A stretch of 62,974 bases of DNA, counting the filler, from Octopus bimaculoides (Eukaryota), in NCBI RefSeq assembly GCF_001194135.2. It is 5 parts of 5 records of this genome, joined end to end, with 100 filler letters (N's around TTAATTAATTAA, not from the genome) between each part and the next. Parts side by side here need not be neighbours in the genome. Positions count along the whole stretch, not along the records: positions 1 to 30,723 come from NC_068985.1; positions 30,824 to 47,793 come from NC_069005.1; 3 more parts are not named here. One strand, written 5' to 3'. Within the stretch, counting starts at the first letter, position 1. Every line of letters begins with the position of its first letter. Position numbers and translations under genes: made by a program. Positions 24,370 to 36,909 of the stretch are shown here, piece by piece. A model generated the notes under the pieces. It had not been told where the DNA came from. It did not search any database and saw nothing but the letters and a program-made list of their open reading frames with translations.

Positions 24370-25023
24370 GGATCTTTTTTAAAACGGGGGCCACATTTTT
24401 CATTAACGAAACACTTTGAAACTTGGAACACTGGTAGAATGTGTCATATAAAACATCTTTTTCTCTTAGTCTTCTTTAAAAAAAAAGAAATCCCTAAGTT
24501 ATTCCATGTTAAAGTTGTCGTATTTCTGTAATTTCAACCAATCACTGACGTCCATTCAGCCGATATACATTAAGTGCCGACTACATAAACAAACGATTCT
24601 GAAACAATTCTATCGGTGATAGGGTTAGGGTTAGGGTTAGGGTTNNNNNNNNNNNNNNNNNNNNNNNNNNNNNNNNNNNNNNNNNNNNNNNNNNNNNNNN
24701 NNNNNNNNNNNNNNNNNNNNNNNNNNNNNNNNNNNNNNNNNNNNNNNNNNNNNNNNNNNNNNNNNNNNNNNNNNNAGCAAATAAAACGAAGCTATGGCTT
24801 AATCAGCCAAAGGAGTAAATATAAACAACTGAATACTTGTCAGTGATTGGTTGAAATTATCGAAATAAGACAATTTTTTACATGAAATAAATTCGAATAC
24901 AAAAATGTTTTTTTGTTCTATAACACAAAATAGATAAGTATACGAAGTTTGAAAGTCTTTCGGTACCAAAAACACTACGTAAAACATTAATGAAAAATGT
25001 GGCCCCCGTTTTAAAAAAGATCC
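24370..25023. mobile_element. Complete non-autonomous TIR element with a central (GGGTTA)n tract
   Basis: Perfect 37-bp TIRs GGATCTTTTTTAAAACGGGGGCCACATTTTTCATTAA (24370-24406 and 24987-25023). Exact 8-bp TSD ATAAATCT (24362-24369 and 25024-25031). The telomeric repeat at about 24620-24644 runs into a gap. Confidence 0.95.
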
Positions 25024-25281
25024 ATAAATCTAGGGGAAACTTATTTTATCGATCCCGAAAGGATGAAAGGCAAAGTCGATCTCAGTGGAATTTGAATTCA
25101 GAACCTGAAGACGGACGAAATACCGCTAAGCCTATCGCCCGGCGTGCAAACGATTCTGCCAAGCTCGCTGCCTTTTAAAACTATTAATATCAAGCAGTTA
25201 TCTGTACTACATAATGGTATTAGAAAACAATTTCATTACTTACATGAAAAATAACTTTTCAAAGGAAATGAATTAGTGAAC

Positions 25282-25326
<45 letters not shown>

Positions 25327-25336
25327 NNNNNNNNNN

Positions 25337-25378
<42 letters not shown>

Positions 25379-26074
25379 CGTGTACAATTTCCATCTGAAT
25401 ATTCTCATTCGCCGCGATCTATGGTCAATCCCAGGCTACGCTAAATGACGCATGACAAGGTAGAATGGAACCGAATTCAAAGTCAGTTCTTAACCACGCA
25501 ACCAGGCAAACACCCATAGTTGTGAAGACATTTCATACTCTTCCCGTGCACACATTAAGGAGAAATATAATAAATTAAAAGTAAATGTTATTCTCATTAC
25601 ACATTCAAGTTCGAAAGGTAGGTTGTCCTTGATAGGTCAGCTACTGCACTCATAAATATTAATTTTTCTATGACCCATATTCATCACATAGAATGACGTC
25701 TTAGTCTATTATATTTCCGGTGAACGGAAATAAAAAGTAACAATTTGGAGTACAACAAAAAAGTCACAGGAAAAAATATCACATTTCATTTAGATACCGT
25801 AAATAATAGTTAAATTAAACAAATAAGTCGCTTATTAACTGACAATACTTGTATATATAATGGTAAGGTAATTCTATATAATATTACACTCTGTGAAAAA
25901 AGACATTATTACGTCCGGTAGACGCAATCGACGTAGTATTTAATTAAAATAGCCATCTATGTATCATACCTAATGTATACACACTTTGAATAGGCAAATT
26001 ATTGCAATATTTGTTTTGTGATAACATCTCTTATAGACTTGCTGTGTTAAAAACACCATAAAGGGGGAGAGGGG

Positions 26075-26156
<82 letters not shown>

Positions 26157-26609
26157 TTCGTCTCAGCATTGACCAGGGAGAATACCATGTACATTTTGGC
26201 CTCAAGATAGTGTAGTAATTAGCACATTAGCTGTGATATATATAGATGACTATTTTAATAGTCACATTTTATTCATATCTTAGTTTTAAAAATGACCCCC
26301 CCCCCCAAATAATAGTAATGATAATAATCATAAGTTAAAAAATCCTGGCTTCCAATTTATTTTTACAGAATCGTTGGAAATTGTCTTTTCTTTCTACTTA
26401 TTGCTACGAGAGCTTCCTTTATTATTACGCTCGTGTGGTCAATCGAAATTGATATATTCTATGGTTCATGGTTCTTGTACCACGGAGACTTTCCAAATTC
26501 TGAATTAATTTCATTCTTCAATTCGTTAATTTCTTGTCAACCCCGCACAATAATCACGTCATATTCAAGGAAAACAATAAATAATTATAAACGTCTAGTA
26601 TTAGGAGTA

Positions 26610-27362
26610 GGTGTGGCTGTGTGGTTTCAGTCCCCCTGCGTGGCCCCAATGGCAAGTGTCTTTTATTATAATTGAGGGCCGATCAAAGCCTTGTGAGTGG
26701 GTTTCGTAGACGGAAACTATGTGGAAGCCCGTCATGTGTGAGTGTATGCATTTATGTAAGTATGCATGTTTGTATGTATGTTTGTATGTATATCTTTGTG
26801 TGTGTTCGTGTTTGTGTAATGTTCGTCACCCCAACGCAGCACTTGACAACCGGTGTTGGTTTCTTTACGTCTCCATGACTTAACGGTTCGGCTGAAGTGT
26901 CCGACAGAATAAGTAACCAGGTTTTAAAAACTAAATACTGAAGTTCATTCGTTCGACTAAATTCTTCAATACTGAAACAAACAAAAAGATAAAAGACATA
27001 ATTGCATAGATAATTCTTCGAAAAATAACCACAAACTACGCTTCGTTATATTTCATGTTTCTAAAGAAACGTCCATTTTCAGATCATCTACTTTTGAACG
27101 TGTCACCCAACTGGGTACGAATATAGCAAACACTTTAGTTGACCATTCAATCATCAGTTAGGAAATGTTCTCATGTTTTTAACCTGAGTGGCTATGTGGT
27201 CAATAGCTTGCTTATGAACCACATGGTTCCGGGTTCAGTCCCACTGCGTGGTACCTTGGGCAAGTGTCTTCTACTATAGCCTCGGGCCGACCAAAGCCTT
27301 GTGAGTAGATTTGGTAGACGGAAACTGAAAGAAGCCCGTCGTATATATGCATATATATATAC

Positions 27363-27421
<59 letters not shown>

Positions 27422-27637
27422 AATATGTTTGTGTGTCTGTGTTTGTCTCCCCAACATCGCTTGACAACCGATGCTGGTGTGTTTACGTCCCCGTAATTTA
27501 GCGGTTCGGCGAAAGAGACCGATAGAATAAGTACTAGGCTTACAAAGAATAAGTCCTGGGGTCGATTTGCACGACTAAAGGCGGTACTCCAGCATGGCCA
27601 CAGTCAAATGACTGAAACAAGTAAAAGGGTAAAAGAG

Positions 27638-27676
<39 letters not shown>

Positions 27677-28140
27677 ATATCTATCTATCTATCTCCCCTT
27701 TCCTCTTCTCCTGTCTGTGGAAATTCCCATACCCAGAGAAGGTCATTTAAAAGATTTATAACTTATTACATATCTTTTATCTTTGTTTACAGTTTATCTG
27801 TTTCAGTCATTAGATTGCGGCCATACTGGGGCACCACCTTAAGGAATTTTAGTCGAATGAATCGATCCCAGTACTTGTTTTTCAATCCTGGCACTCATCC
27901 TATCGGATGCCTTTGCTGAACCGCTAAGCGACAGGGGCATAAATACACCAACACCGGTCGTCAAACGGTAGTTGGGGGACAAACACAGACACAAGGATAC
28001 ACACACTCACACACGTGAGCTTCTTTCAGTTTCCGCAAACTAAATCTACTCACAAGACTTTGGTAGAAGACGCTTGCCCAAAATGCCACGCAAGTGGACT
28101 GAACCCAGAACCATGTGGTTGGGAAACAAGCTTCTTACCA
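26610..28140. mobile_element. Three SINE family B copies: about 26610-26990(+), 27186-27640(+), 27770-28140(-)
   Basis: Each has the family head, central microsatellite and 3' half. The last two are convergent around (TATC)n. Confidence 0.85.
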
Positions 28141-28142
28141 CA

Positions 28143-28179
<37 letters not shown>

Positions 28180-28329
28180 CAGTATCAGCTCTACCTGTGC
28201 TTTCGCACATTGGGCAGCAAGTCGGCGCTATTGGTTTCTATTGGGTGCGATTTTTTTCTACATTCACCTAGGTGATATTGACTTCCTTCTCGTCACTTAT
28301 TGAATGTTCTGCGGCATGGGGTTTTCGGT

Positions 28330-28600
28330 TTTCTTATTTTTCTCCCCCTCCCACCCCCGGCGGTGTTCGTTTGAAAGCTGTTTGAAAGCTGTTTTAGAAT
28401 GGCGTTATTCTGCCAACCGGAGTATGTGGCCTGCTACAATTTCGCTAGTGGTCTTATGTTGGCCCTCTTCAAAATGTCTTCATCGGTTATGTGTTCTTAC
28501 CAGTATGTTCATAGAATCTTCCTCAAGCATCTTTGTTGGAACACCACAAACTTTCTGCTGATTTTTTTTATAATGCTCTTCTACGTCTCACTGGCATACA
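28330..28600 (-). pseudogene. RTE-like LINE ORF C-terminal remnant
   Basis: YASET*KS..RKFVVFQQRCLRKIL*TYW*EHITDEDILKRA and AGHILRL match the post-RT pattern LYG.ETW..F..RCLR.IL...W...TNEE.L.RA..W.GH..R. Confidence 0.75.
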
Positions 28601-28624
28601 TATTCACACACACACAGACACACA

Positions 28625-28689
<65 letters not shown>

Positions 28690-29294
28690 GTCTTACAAAG
28701 AATATAAACATTATGCTTCAAATGTTGCATTTATGCGGCATTACTATGATAGTTTTTCAAGAAATTAAACACTAACTGTGACGTCCGAGCAACGCCGGAT
28801 ATCCTGTTAATTATTACTAATTTCTACAGTCAGCTGAAATAAAAATTACCCCAATCTTTAGAAGCAAATATACATACGCATACAAACACGTGCGCACGCA
28901 CGCACACCCACACACACACATGCACTTACATATACATTATAACGCGCGCACACATTTCTAAACCTGTAATAATACTGACCAAAAACACAGAATGCAATAT
29001 TTACGTTATAGAGTAGAATTCAAGACACTGGATCAAGATGTTTACGTTTACTCACATATATTAAAGTTAAAAGAGTTGCAAATATCGTGCATCTTTATCA
29101 TCAAAATAATAATAAGAGTATACTGATTTATATACGTTGAGTTCCAGGAATAAAATTAGTATTTGTTTAAGGAATTGGCAATCATTTGTCTTTTTACATG
29201 CAGAGATTAACATTGGTTTCAAATTTTGGCACAAGGCCAGCAATTTCGGAGTAGTGGGTAAGTCGATTAGATTGACTCTAGTGTTCATCAGGTA

Positions 29295-29333
<39 letters not shown>

Positions 29334-29652
29334 GNNNNNNNNNNNNNNNNNNNNNNNNNNNNNNNNNNNNNNNNNNNNNNNNNNNNNNNNNNNNNNNNNN
29401 NNNNNNNNNNNNNNNNNNNNNNNNNNNNNNNNNNNNNNNNNNNNNATACCGAGTAAGTGCTGTATACCAACTAGTTTTGCCCCTGTCGTTGTAGCAACAT
29501 GAGTGGGGAATATAACATAGGTCGTGTATTATATATATATGTATATGTGTGTGTGTGTGTATGTATATGTATATGTATATGTATATATGTGTGTGTATGT
29601 ATATGTATATGTATATGTGTGTGTGTGTATGTGTGTGTGTGTGCGTATATAC

Positions 29653-30533
29653 ACAGCGTGCGACGGATAAATTGGCGCCATTTTATACTTTCAATTTCGC
29701 GCATGCGCATTGTTTGGTTTTGATTTTGTCGACTACTCAGTATAGTAGGTTCAGCTAAGCGCCGTCTGTGAGAAAAAACACTACCATGACGCAATTCACT
29801 CTGCCAAAAATTTGAAAACGGCATGCTGTACTGCTTGGCATTCGCGCCGGAAGCTCCATACGAACATTTCAGTGCTTGGGCGTCAATCTTAAGACAGTGC
29901 AGTCTGAGGACATGTACCGAGAATGATAAAAATCAAATATCCAGTCAACATCATGGTGTTTGGAGTGATCACTAGCGATGGAGACGTTATGTCTCCATTC
30001 ATCTTCCCACACGGCCTCACACTCAACACGGAGGCCTACATCAAGTGCCTGGAGGAGGTAGTGTTGCCCTGGGTCAAGACGGTGGCTCCTTGAAGACCCT
30101 GTGTCTGGCAACAGGTCTCTGCATCATGCCACACAAACCGGAAAACCCCGTCAAAGCTGTTAGAAAATTTCTACGATCACATCACCCCTAACACCTGGTC
30201 ACCTCATTCCGCAGACTGCAACCCCCTTGATTATGTGTGGGGCGCGGCTGAATGAGAGACCAACAAAACTCTTTGTAACACCAAAGATGAACTGAAGGCA
30301 AAGATTATTACACCATTCACCAACTAAATAAGGAGACCGTCTAGAAGAGTTGCAGGAAATTCTGAAGTCCTCTGGAGACCGTGGTTGAAGCCAATGGCGA
30401 TTTTATTGAATAAATTTACTCTTTAGTATTTCAAGATAGTTTTATGCTATTTTGGTAAATATATCTGTTGAAATGAAATGTGTTATTTTCAGTTTTGCGT
30501 AATTTATACGACAGTTTATTCACCGCACCATGT
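29653..30533 (+). mobile_element. Internally deleted maT-like Tc1/mariner element
   Basis: 5' end cagcgtgcgacggataaattggcgcc. A short N-terminal piece is fused at about 29905 to VMVFGVITSDGDVM.PFIFPHGLTLNTEAYIKCLEEVVLPWVK, WQQ, SADCNPLDYVWG and VVEANGDFIE*. The 3' TIR is decayed. Confidence 0.85.
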
Positions 30534-30767
30534 ATGTATATATATGCATATATGTGTGTGTATATATGTGTGTATGAATGCATGTATGCATATACGTACA
30601 TACTTGTATGTGTACGTGAATGTATGTATCTATTACGTATGTGTATGTACGTATGTATGAATGCATGTATGCATATACGTACATACTTGTATGTGTACGT
30701 AAAAGTATGTATCTATTACGTATNNNNNNNNNNNNNNNNNNNNNNNNNNNNNNNNNNNNNNNNNNNN

Positions 30768-30779
30768 TTAATTAATTAA
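30768..30779. other. Artificial scaffold linker TTAATTAATTAA
   Basis: 44 N + TTAATTAATTAA + 44 N = 100 nt, with stops in all six frames. Confidence 0.95.
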
Positions 30780-32738
30780 NNNNNNNNNNNNNNNNNNNNN
30801 NNNNNNNNNNNNNNNNNNNNNNNATATATATATATATATATATATACATGTACATGTATATTTGCGCATGCCTACAAGGGCATATATGTCACGTTAACGT
30901 GGTGCCTAAGTACACATATATATAAGTTACAGAAGTTATGTAACGTCCAACAGACGTGTAACGTCCATAGATATCTATGTATGATTTGTTCATACTCATT
31001 TTCGTGTGGGTTCCTGATATCTGCGCCTAAATACCATGTATGTTTATAAACCATTGTTAAAAGTTATAGAGCGTTAATATATATCCACATTTATACATAC
31101 ATACATACACACATACATACATACATACACACATACATACATACTTACATACATATATACATGCATAGATACATACATAGAGACATACATACATTCACAC
31201 GTACATATATATATATATATATANNNNNNNNNNNNNNNNNNNNNNNNNNNNNNNNNNNNNNNNNNNNNNNNNNNNNNNNNNNNNNNNNNNNNNNNNNNNN
31301 NNNNNNNNNNNNNNNNNNNNNNNNNNNNNNNNNNNNNNNNNNNNNNNNNNNNNNNNNNNNNNNNNNNNNNNNNNNNNNNNNNNNNNNNNNNNNNNNNNNN
31401 NNNNNNNNNNNNNNNNNNNNNNNNNNNNNNNNNNNNNNNNNNNNNNNNNNNNNNNNNNNNNNNNNNNNNNNNNNNNNNNNNNNNNNNNNNNNNNNNNNNN
31501 NNNNNNNNNNNNNNNNNNNNNNNNNNNNNNNNNNNNNNNNNNNNNNNNNNNNNNNNNNNNNNNNNNNNNNNNNNNNNNNNNNNNNNNNNNNNNNNNNNNN
31601 NNNNNNNNNNNNNNNNNNNNNNNNNNNNNNNNNNNNNNNNNNNNNNNNNNNNNNNNNNNNNNNNNNNNNNNNNNNNNNNNNNNNNNNNNNNNNNNNNNNN
31701 NNNNNNNNNNNNNNNNNNNNNNNNNNNNNNNNNNNNNNNNNNNNNNNNNNNNNNNNNNNNNNNNNNNNNNNNNNNNNNNNNNNNNNNNNNNNNNNNNNNN
31801 NNNNNNNNNNNNNNNNNNNNNNNNNNNNNNNNNNNNNNNNNNNNNNNNNNNNNNNNNNNNNNNNNNNNNNNNNNNNNNNNNNNNNNNNNNNNNNNNNNNN
31901 NNNNNNNNNNNNNNNNNNNNNNNNNNNNNNNNNNNNNNNNNNNNNNNNNNNNNNNNNNNNNNNNNNNNNNNNNNNNNNNNNNNNNNNNNNNNNNNNNNNN
32001 NNNNNNNNNNNNNNNNNNNNNNNNNNNNNNNNNNNNNNNNNNNNNNNNNNNNNNNNNNNNNNNNNNNNNNNNNNNNNNNNNNNNNNNNNNNNNNNNNNNN
32101 NNNNNNNNNNNNNNNNNNNTATATATATATATATATATGCATGTATGTAAGTACGTGTATATATATTTAATTCTTTTGTCATATGCAGTTGCGGTTAGCA
32201 TGATTGATTATTTCTGCTTGCGACTGACTGGGAAAGGATTTTCATTGCACACACGAGCCCATCTCTCTGGCGTGTCTACGTGAAGCGCTGCGATTATTTT
32301 CTGTGTCTGTGCATGTATTTGTTTGCGTCTGTTTGTCTGTCTTTCCATAATGTGTCTTCGGTATTCTACATAATACATAAACATTACCGTACACCATGTT
32401 TTTCGACAGCTTCACACATCTACCAACAGTGTCTCAAGCTGTACGTCTGTATTATTGAATTTTTGCAGTGTTTTATATTTCCCAAATCAGAAACAATTAT
32501 TATTATTAATATATTCATTATTATAATTGTAATAGTAATTATTATTGTTATTTTTATTAGTATTCTTTTATTATTAATATCATTATTATCATTATTGTAA
32601 TTAGCATAATTATGCAGTATTTATTTTCAGTTATCATCCAATTAATATTTTACTTGTTTTTATGTTATTAATCTTTTATTTTATTCCTTTGATGTTTTAC
32701 TTTCATTATAAACGTGTCTACATATGTGGGTGTGTCCG

Positions 32739-32788
<50 letters not shown>

Positions 32789-32791
32789 CAG

Positions 32792-32837
<46 letters not shown>

Positions 32838-32839
<2 letters not shown>

Positions 32840-33369
32840 GCCTAGTTAGAATACCAGGAACTGGGTCGCTTGGTTTCTGATCTTAACTGATTGAAAGTGT
32901 TATCATGTAAATTGTTTTGTGTTGGTATAAAAGATGGGCTACAGCAAATATTCTGCTCAATTCCACAGATTTGTTTGTCAGTTGCTTGAGTGGCTAACAA
33001 TATGTACATCTCTGATCACGAGCAGAAGTAGTGGGGGAGCATCATAGCCATTTGTTGAGAGGAATTCTTTGGGCTTTGAATAGTTCAACTCTGCAAACAT
33101 GGGTGATTCGTTCGACATCCTTAAACAATCTTCATTCAGGGTCCTTTTGACCAAGATGGGCTACTTCACCTGAAGAAAATTCTACTTGAGCGCCACCTGC
33201 AAGGTCATGTGCTGTTTATTTTGATATGAGATCACCATGTCGCGCAAATATCGTTGTGATGCATGTGCTTGGTGTACCCCTATCAGACGGGTAGTCGTGA
33301 TTTTTAATATTGGGCTTCCTATATTTGTATCCCAGTGTCACTTAGATGGCATGCGCTGCTCTCTCACTC
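32838..33369. mobile_element. About 530-bp interspersed repeat (family E) embedded in (AAT)n
   Basis: Collinear with 51641-52137 (tctgatcttaactgatt.gaa.gtgttatcat..tgcaaggtcatg..ctgtttat.ttgatatgag..gcgctgctctctcactc). (AAT)n on both sides. Confidence 0.85.
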
Positions 33370-33423
<54 letters not shown>

Positions 33424-33700
33424 TTTAGCGTTTTCGTTTTGAATTTCTGTCCTGAAAGGTTAAATGTTTGGGTTAAATTATTGTCAGTGAGAATCCAGAT
33501 TTGATAATAAAAAAAAAAAAATTAAAAAAAAAATGTTTTTAATTAAATTTCTGATTATTGTTTTTCAAATAATTATCATATTTTCTTCGTCCTCTCGTAA
33601 AAACACGTTGTCCTTGTTGCTGTTTTTTCTTGTATTCTCTTCATATTTCTTTTAAAATTTGTTATTTCTCTTGCTTTTATTATAAAATATTTATTCATTT

Positions 33701-34008
33701 TCATTGTGTAATGTTATCAATATTCCATATAGAAAAGTTGATGATATTTAGAGGCACGAAATGTGTAACCATATTCATTATCGACATTATCATCATCATT
33801 ACCATCGTACTCATTAGCATTGCGAACTTGCTCGGCGGATTTGTTTTTGAAGACGCTGATCGTGTTACCAATGGGTTACTGTTGCAGCCATCAATACCAC
33901 ACGTGCGAAAACATACGTTTTTCCTTTTTGTTGCTGTAATATTTTGTACCACACAATTCTCTTCGTAATAAGACACTGTGCAATCACGAGCAAATCGAAT
34001 TTGTACAC
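33701..34008 (-). CDS. Terminal coding exon of a Ly6/uPAR (three-finger) quiver/sleepless-like protein with a hydrophobic GPI-type tail
   Basis: Acceptor tttcatcattgcAG|GT, phase 1, matching the upstream donor. Encodes (G)VQIRFARDCTVSYYEENCVVQNITATKRKNVCFRTCGIDGCNSN..FAMLMSTMVMMMIMSIMNMV..* with the family C..DGCN end. Confidence 0.85.
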
Positions 34009-34364
34009 CTGCAATGATGAAATAGCTGATGGTTAGTTTAAAATATCACATTCGATATGTTTTTAAAAAGTTAGAAGACATATTCAACATATATAATTCA
34101 TTCATCTACACTATACGTACCAGGCAAGACAAACACAAAAATGAACTCGGTGGAATATGAGCTCAGAAGATAAAAGTCGCATGAAATGTTACAAAGCATT
34201 CTGTCCTGTGTGATAATAATGCTGGCAGGTCACCATCGTAATGCAAAGTCGACATTGCCGGAAATTTAAACTATTGAATCCTCGTCGAGAATCGATGGAG
34301 ATCCACCAACATCACACCTAACATGTACTGAGAGAAGCAGACATTGAAATTTATGTATTGTTAC

Positions 34365-34729
34365 GGCACTCCGTCGGTTACGACGACGAGGGTTCGAGTT
34401 GATTCAATCAACGGAACAGCCTGCTCGTGAAATTAAGGTTCAAGTGGCTGAGCACTCCGCAGACACGTGTATACTTCACGTAGTTCTCGGGGAGATTCAG
34501 CGTGACACAGAGTGTGACAAACCTGATCCTTTGTAATATTTGTACAACAGAAACAGGCAGTAAGAGTGAGAGAAAGTTGTGCTGGGGAGTACAGCAGGGT
34601 TCTCACCACCCCTACCGGAGCTTTAAGTGTTTTCGCTCAGTAAACACTCACAACGTCAGGTCTGGGAATCGAAACCGCGATTGTATGACCGTGAGTCCGC
34701 TTCCCTATCCACTGGGCCATTGCGCCTCC
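34365..34729 (-). mobile_element. SINE family D, full length, intronic
   Basis: Head GGAGGCGCAATGGCCCAGTGG..GGTTTCGATTCCC. The body is shared with 53346-53584. Confidence 0.85.
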
Positions 34730-35699
34730 ACAGACATCGAAATAGCGAACGGGTGAAATGTGAGTTATCAGGCAGGAAGAAGATAATTTTATCAAATACT
34801 CAAGTATACATTGCGACGTTAAGTGCGTTGCAGTAAGTTCTGCAGACACGTGGTGTAATACCACTCGCACATCTGTAATACCACGAACTGAAGTTCATTC
34901 AATCATTCATTCATTCATTCATTCATTCACACACAGACACAGATACACACACACACACATACACACACACACACAGACACACACACACAGACACACAGAC
35001 ACACAGATACACAAACACCCACACGTACACGAATACTCACACGTGCCCGCACACATACGCACATACACTCGCACACGCACACAAACACGCATACACACAA
35101 ACACACACATACACGCACTTATACACAAACAAGCACACCTACGCGAACACGCACACACACGAACACGCTCACACACGCACACACACAAACACACACAAAT
35201 ACAAATAAACGCACACACATACACACACACATACACATGGTAACAAAATATACACGCATACATTTACGCAACAAAATTTACACTGTAGCAGGCGGTATGT
35301 GGTCAGGTGATTACCTGCTACTGTATGAGAAGAATAATGGAAAAAGACGGTTCGATGCGTTCTTTGATTTTCGTTTTAACATCACTCAACACACTTAAAA
35401 AGTAGCGTGTAGTGTTGTTGGGTTTGCCTTGATGCTGTTGGTGTCGAAGGTGACATTGTTGTTGATGTTGTTCGTATGTGGTTTTCCGATTCGTTTACAT
35501 TAGTCTAATTGAATCTTTATACATACATCTGTGTTTCGTAGATGGTGGACTTTATAAAGATTTTTATTAATATATACATTTTTTATAACTCAATCAGCGA
35601 AAGAAAGGATGCACCAACTTCAGTGAACTTTCTAACAACTGGTAGAGGTTTTGGTGTCGGTGGTTTTGTTAAATTGAGGGATAGAACGAATACCACAAA

Positions 35700-36400
35700 A
35701 TCCACAGACTAAGGGAACACGACGGTAACGATAGCAAAGCATCGTGGGTATGGTCTGAGCGAGGTGATTTGAAGAGTATCACCGAAAGCCTGAACATTGC
35801 TCTCGCTATCAGGTCACTGAAGTATAACATCTATAGAACTTCCGACAGCTAGAAATGCAGACTCTGTGGAAAAATTGTGGAAAATGTGACTCATTTTGGT
35901 AAGTGGGTTTGAGAGTCTTGCACAAAAAAATGCAAACGCTGCCACGATAAAGTGAGTACCTATCTTCATTGGCTCTTATGCTGTAAATACCAATATAAAG
36001 TAAGAGAGAACTGGTATGAGCGTGTACCAGGTAAAGTAATGCAGCAGGATGGAATAGTAATGACGCTCTGGGACTTTGATTTTGAGACGGATCGTGTAAT
36101 CGAACGTCGTTGGGCAGATATTGTTATATCGAGTGAGAGAGACAAATACTTTCAGATCATTGATGTAGCCATACCAGATGACATGAATGTTGTTAGTAAA
36201 GAGGTTGAAAAAAATCAACAAGTACTCCGAATTGAAAGTGGAAATGGCAAGACTGTATGGAATGCGAGAGGGTAATGTAAAACAGTGGTAATCGGAACGT
36301 TGGGCTCAATCACATTGAAACTTCAAGACTTCTTAACTTAAGGCAACTGAAAACCCCGTGTAAGATTGATGTGTTGCAAAAAGCAGCCTTACTGGGCACT
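35700..36400 (+). pseudogene. R4/Dong-like (RLE-type) non-LTR retrotransposon 3' remnant, intronic
   Basis: WVWSERGDLKSITES, KCRLCGKIVENVTH (CCHC knuckle), RCHDKV..LHW, LWDFDFETDRVI..RWADIV..IIDVAIP..KEVEK (PD-D/ExK nuclease), VVIGTLG and LQKAALLGT. Confidence 0.9.
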
Positions 36401-36759
36401 CCACTGGCACTTAATTTATCGATCCCGGAAGCATGAAAGGCAAAGTCGACCACGGTGAAATTTGAACTCGAAACGAAGCGACGGGGTAATTTAATGTAGT
36501 TTCATTTTATGTTCCACTTAGCAAAACATGGTTGCGATTTTTACATGCAAAATCTCGGGGATGATACAATGGTGATGGTGGCAGCAGGAGAGACATAAAA
36601 AGAAGACGAAGGCTATTTACGGTTGGCTATAAATAAAAGATTATTTTATTGTTGCTGATGACGTTGCTGATGACGATGTATGATTCGCCAGTGATTATAC
36701 CGATGTAGATTATAGATATACGTAAAGGTACGCAATAAAATGTCATTCGGGTGGTTTAC

Positions 36760-36909
36760 CTGCAAAAGTCGTTTCCCTCAGTATTAGGCAGTACTTGGAG
36801 TTGGGTACCTCCGGACATTGCGTTGGCGATGGAGGAGACTGCTCGCATTCTCCATAAAAGCTGTCCATTCTTGAATCACAACGTGAACATCGGATCGTGC
36901 CTTGTACAA
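36760..36909 (-). CDS. Internal coding exon of the same Ly6/uPAR-type protein
   Basis: Acceptor ttttttctacttggcAG|TT and donor GCAG|GTAAAC; 150 nt, phase 1-1. Encodes VVQGTIRCSRCDSRMDSFYGECEQSPPSPTQCPEVPNSKYCLILRETTFA(G), cysteines 1-5 of 10. Confidence 0.85.

Noticed and set aside
28775-28810. Helitron-like 3' hairpin tccg-agcaacgc-cgga
   Set aside because: No CTAG terminus or linked Helitron sequence, so the evidence is insufficient.
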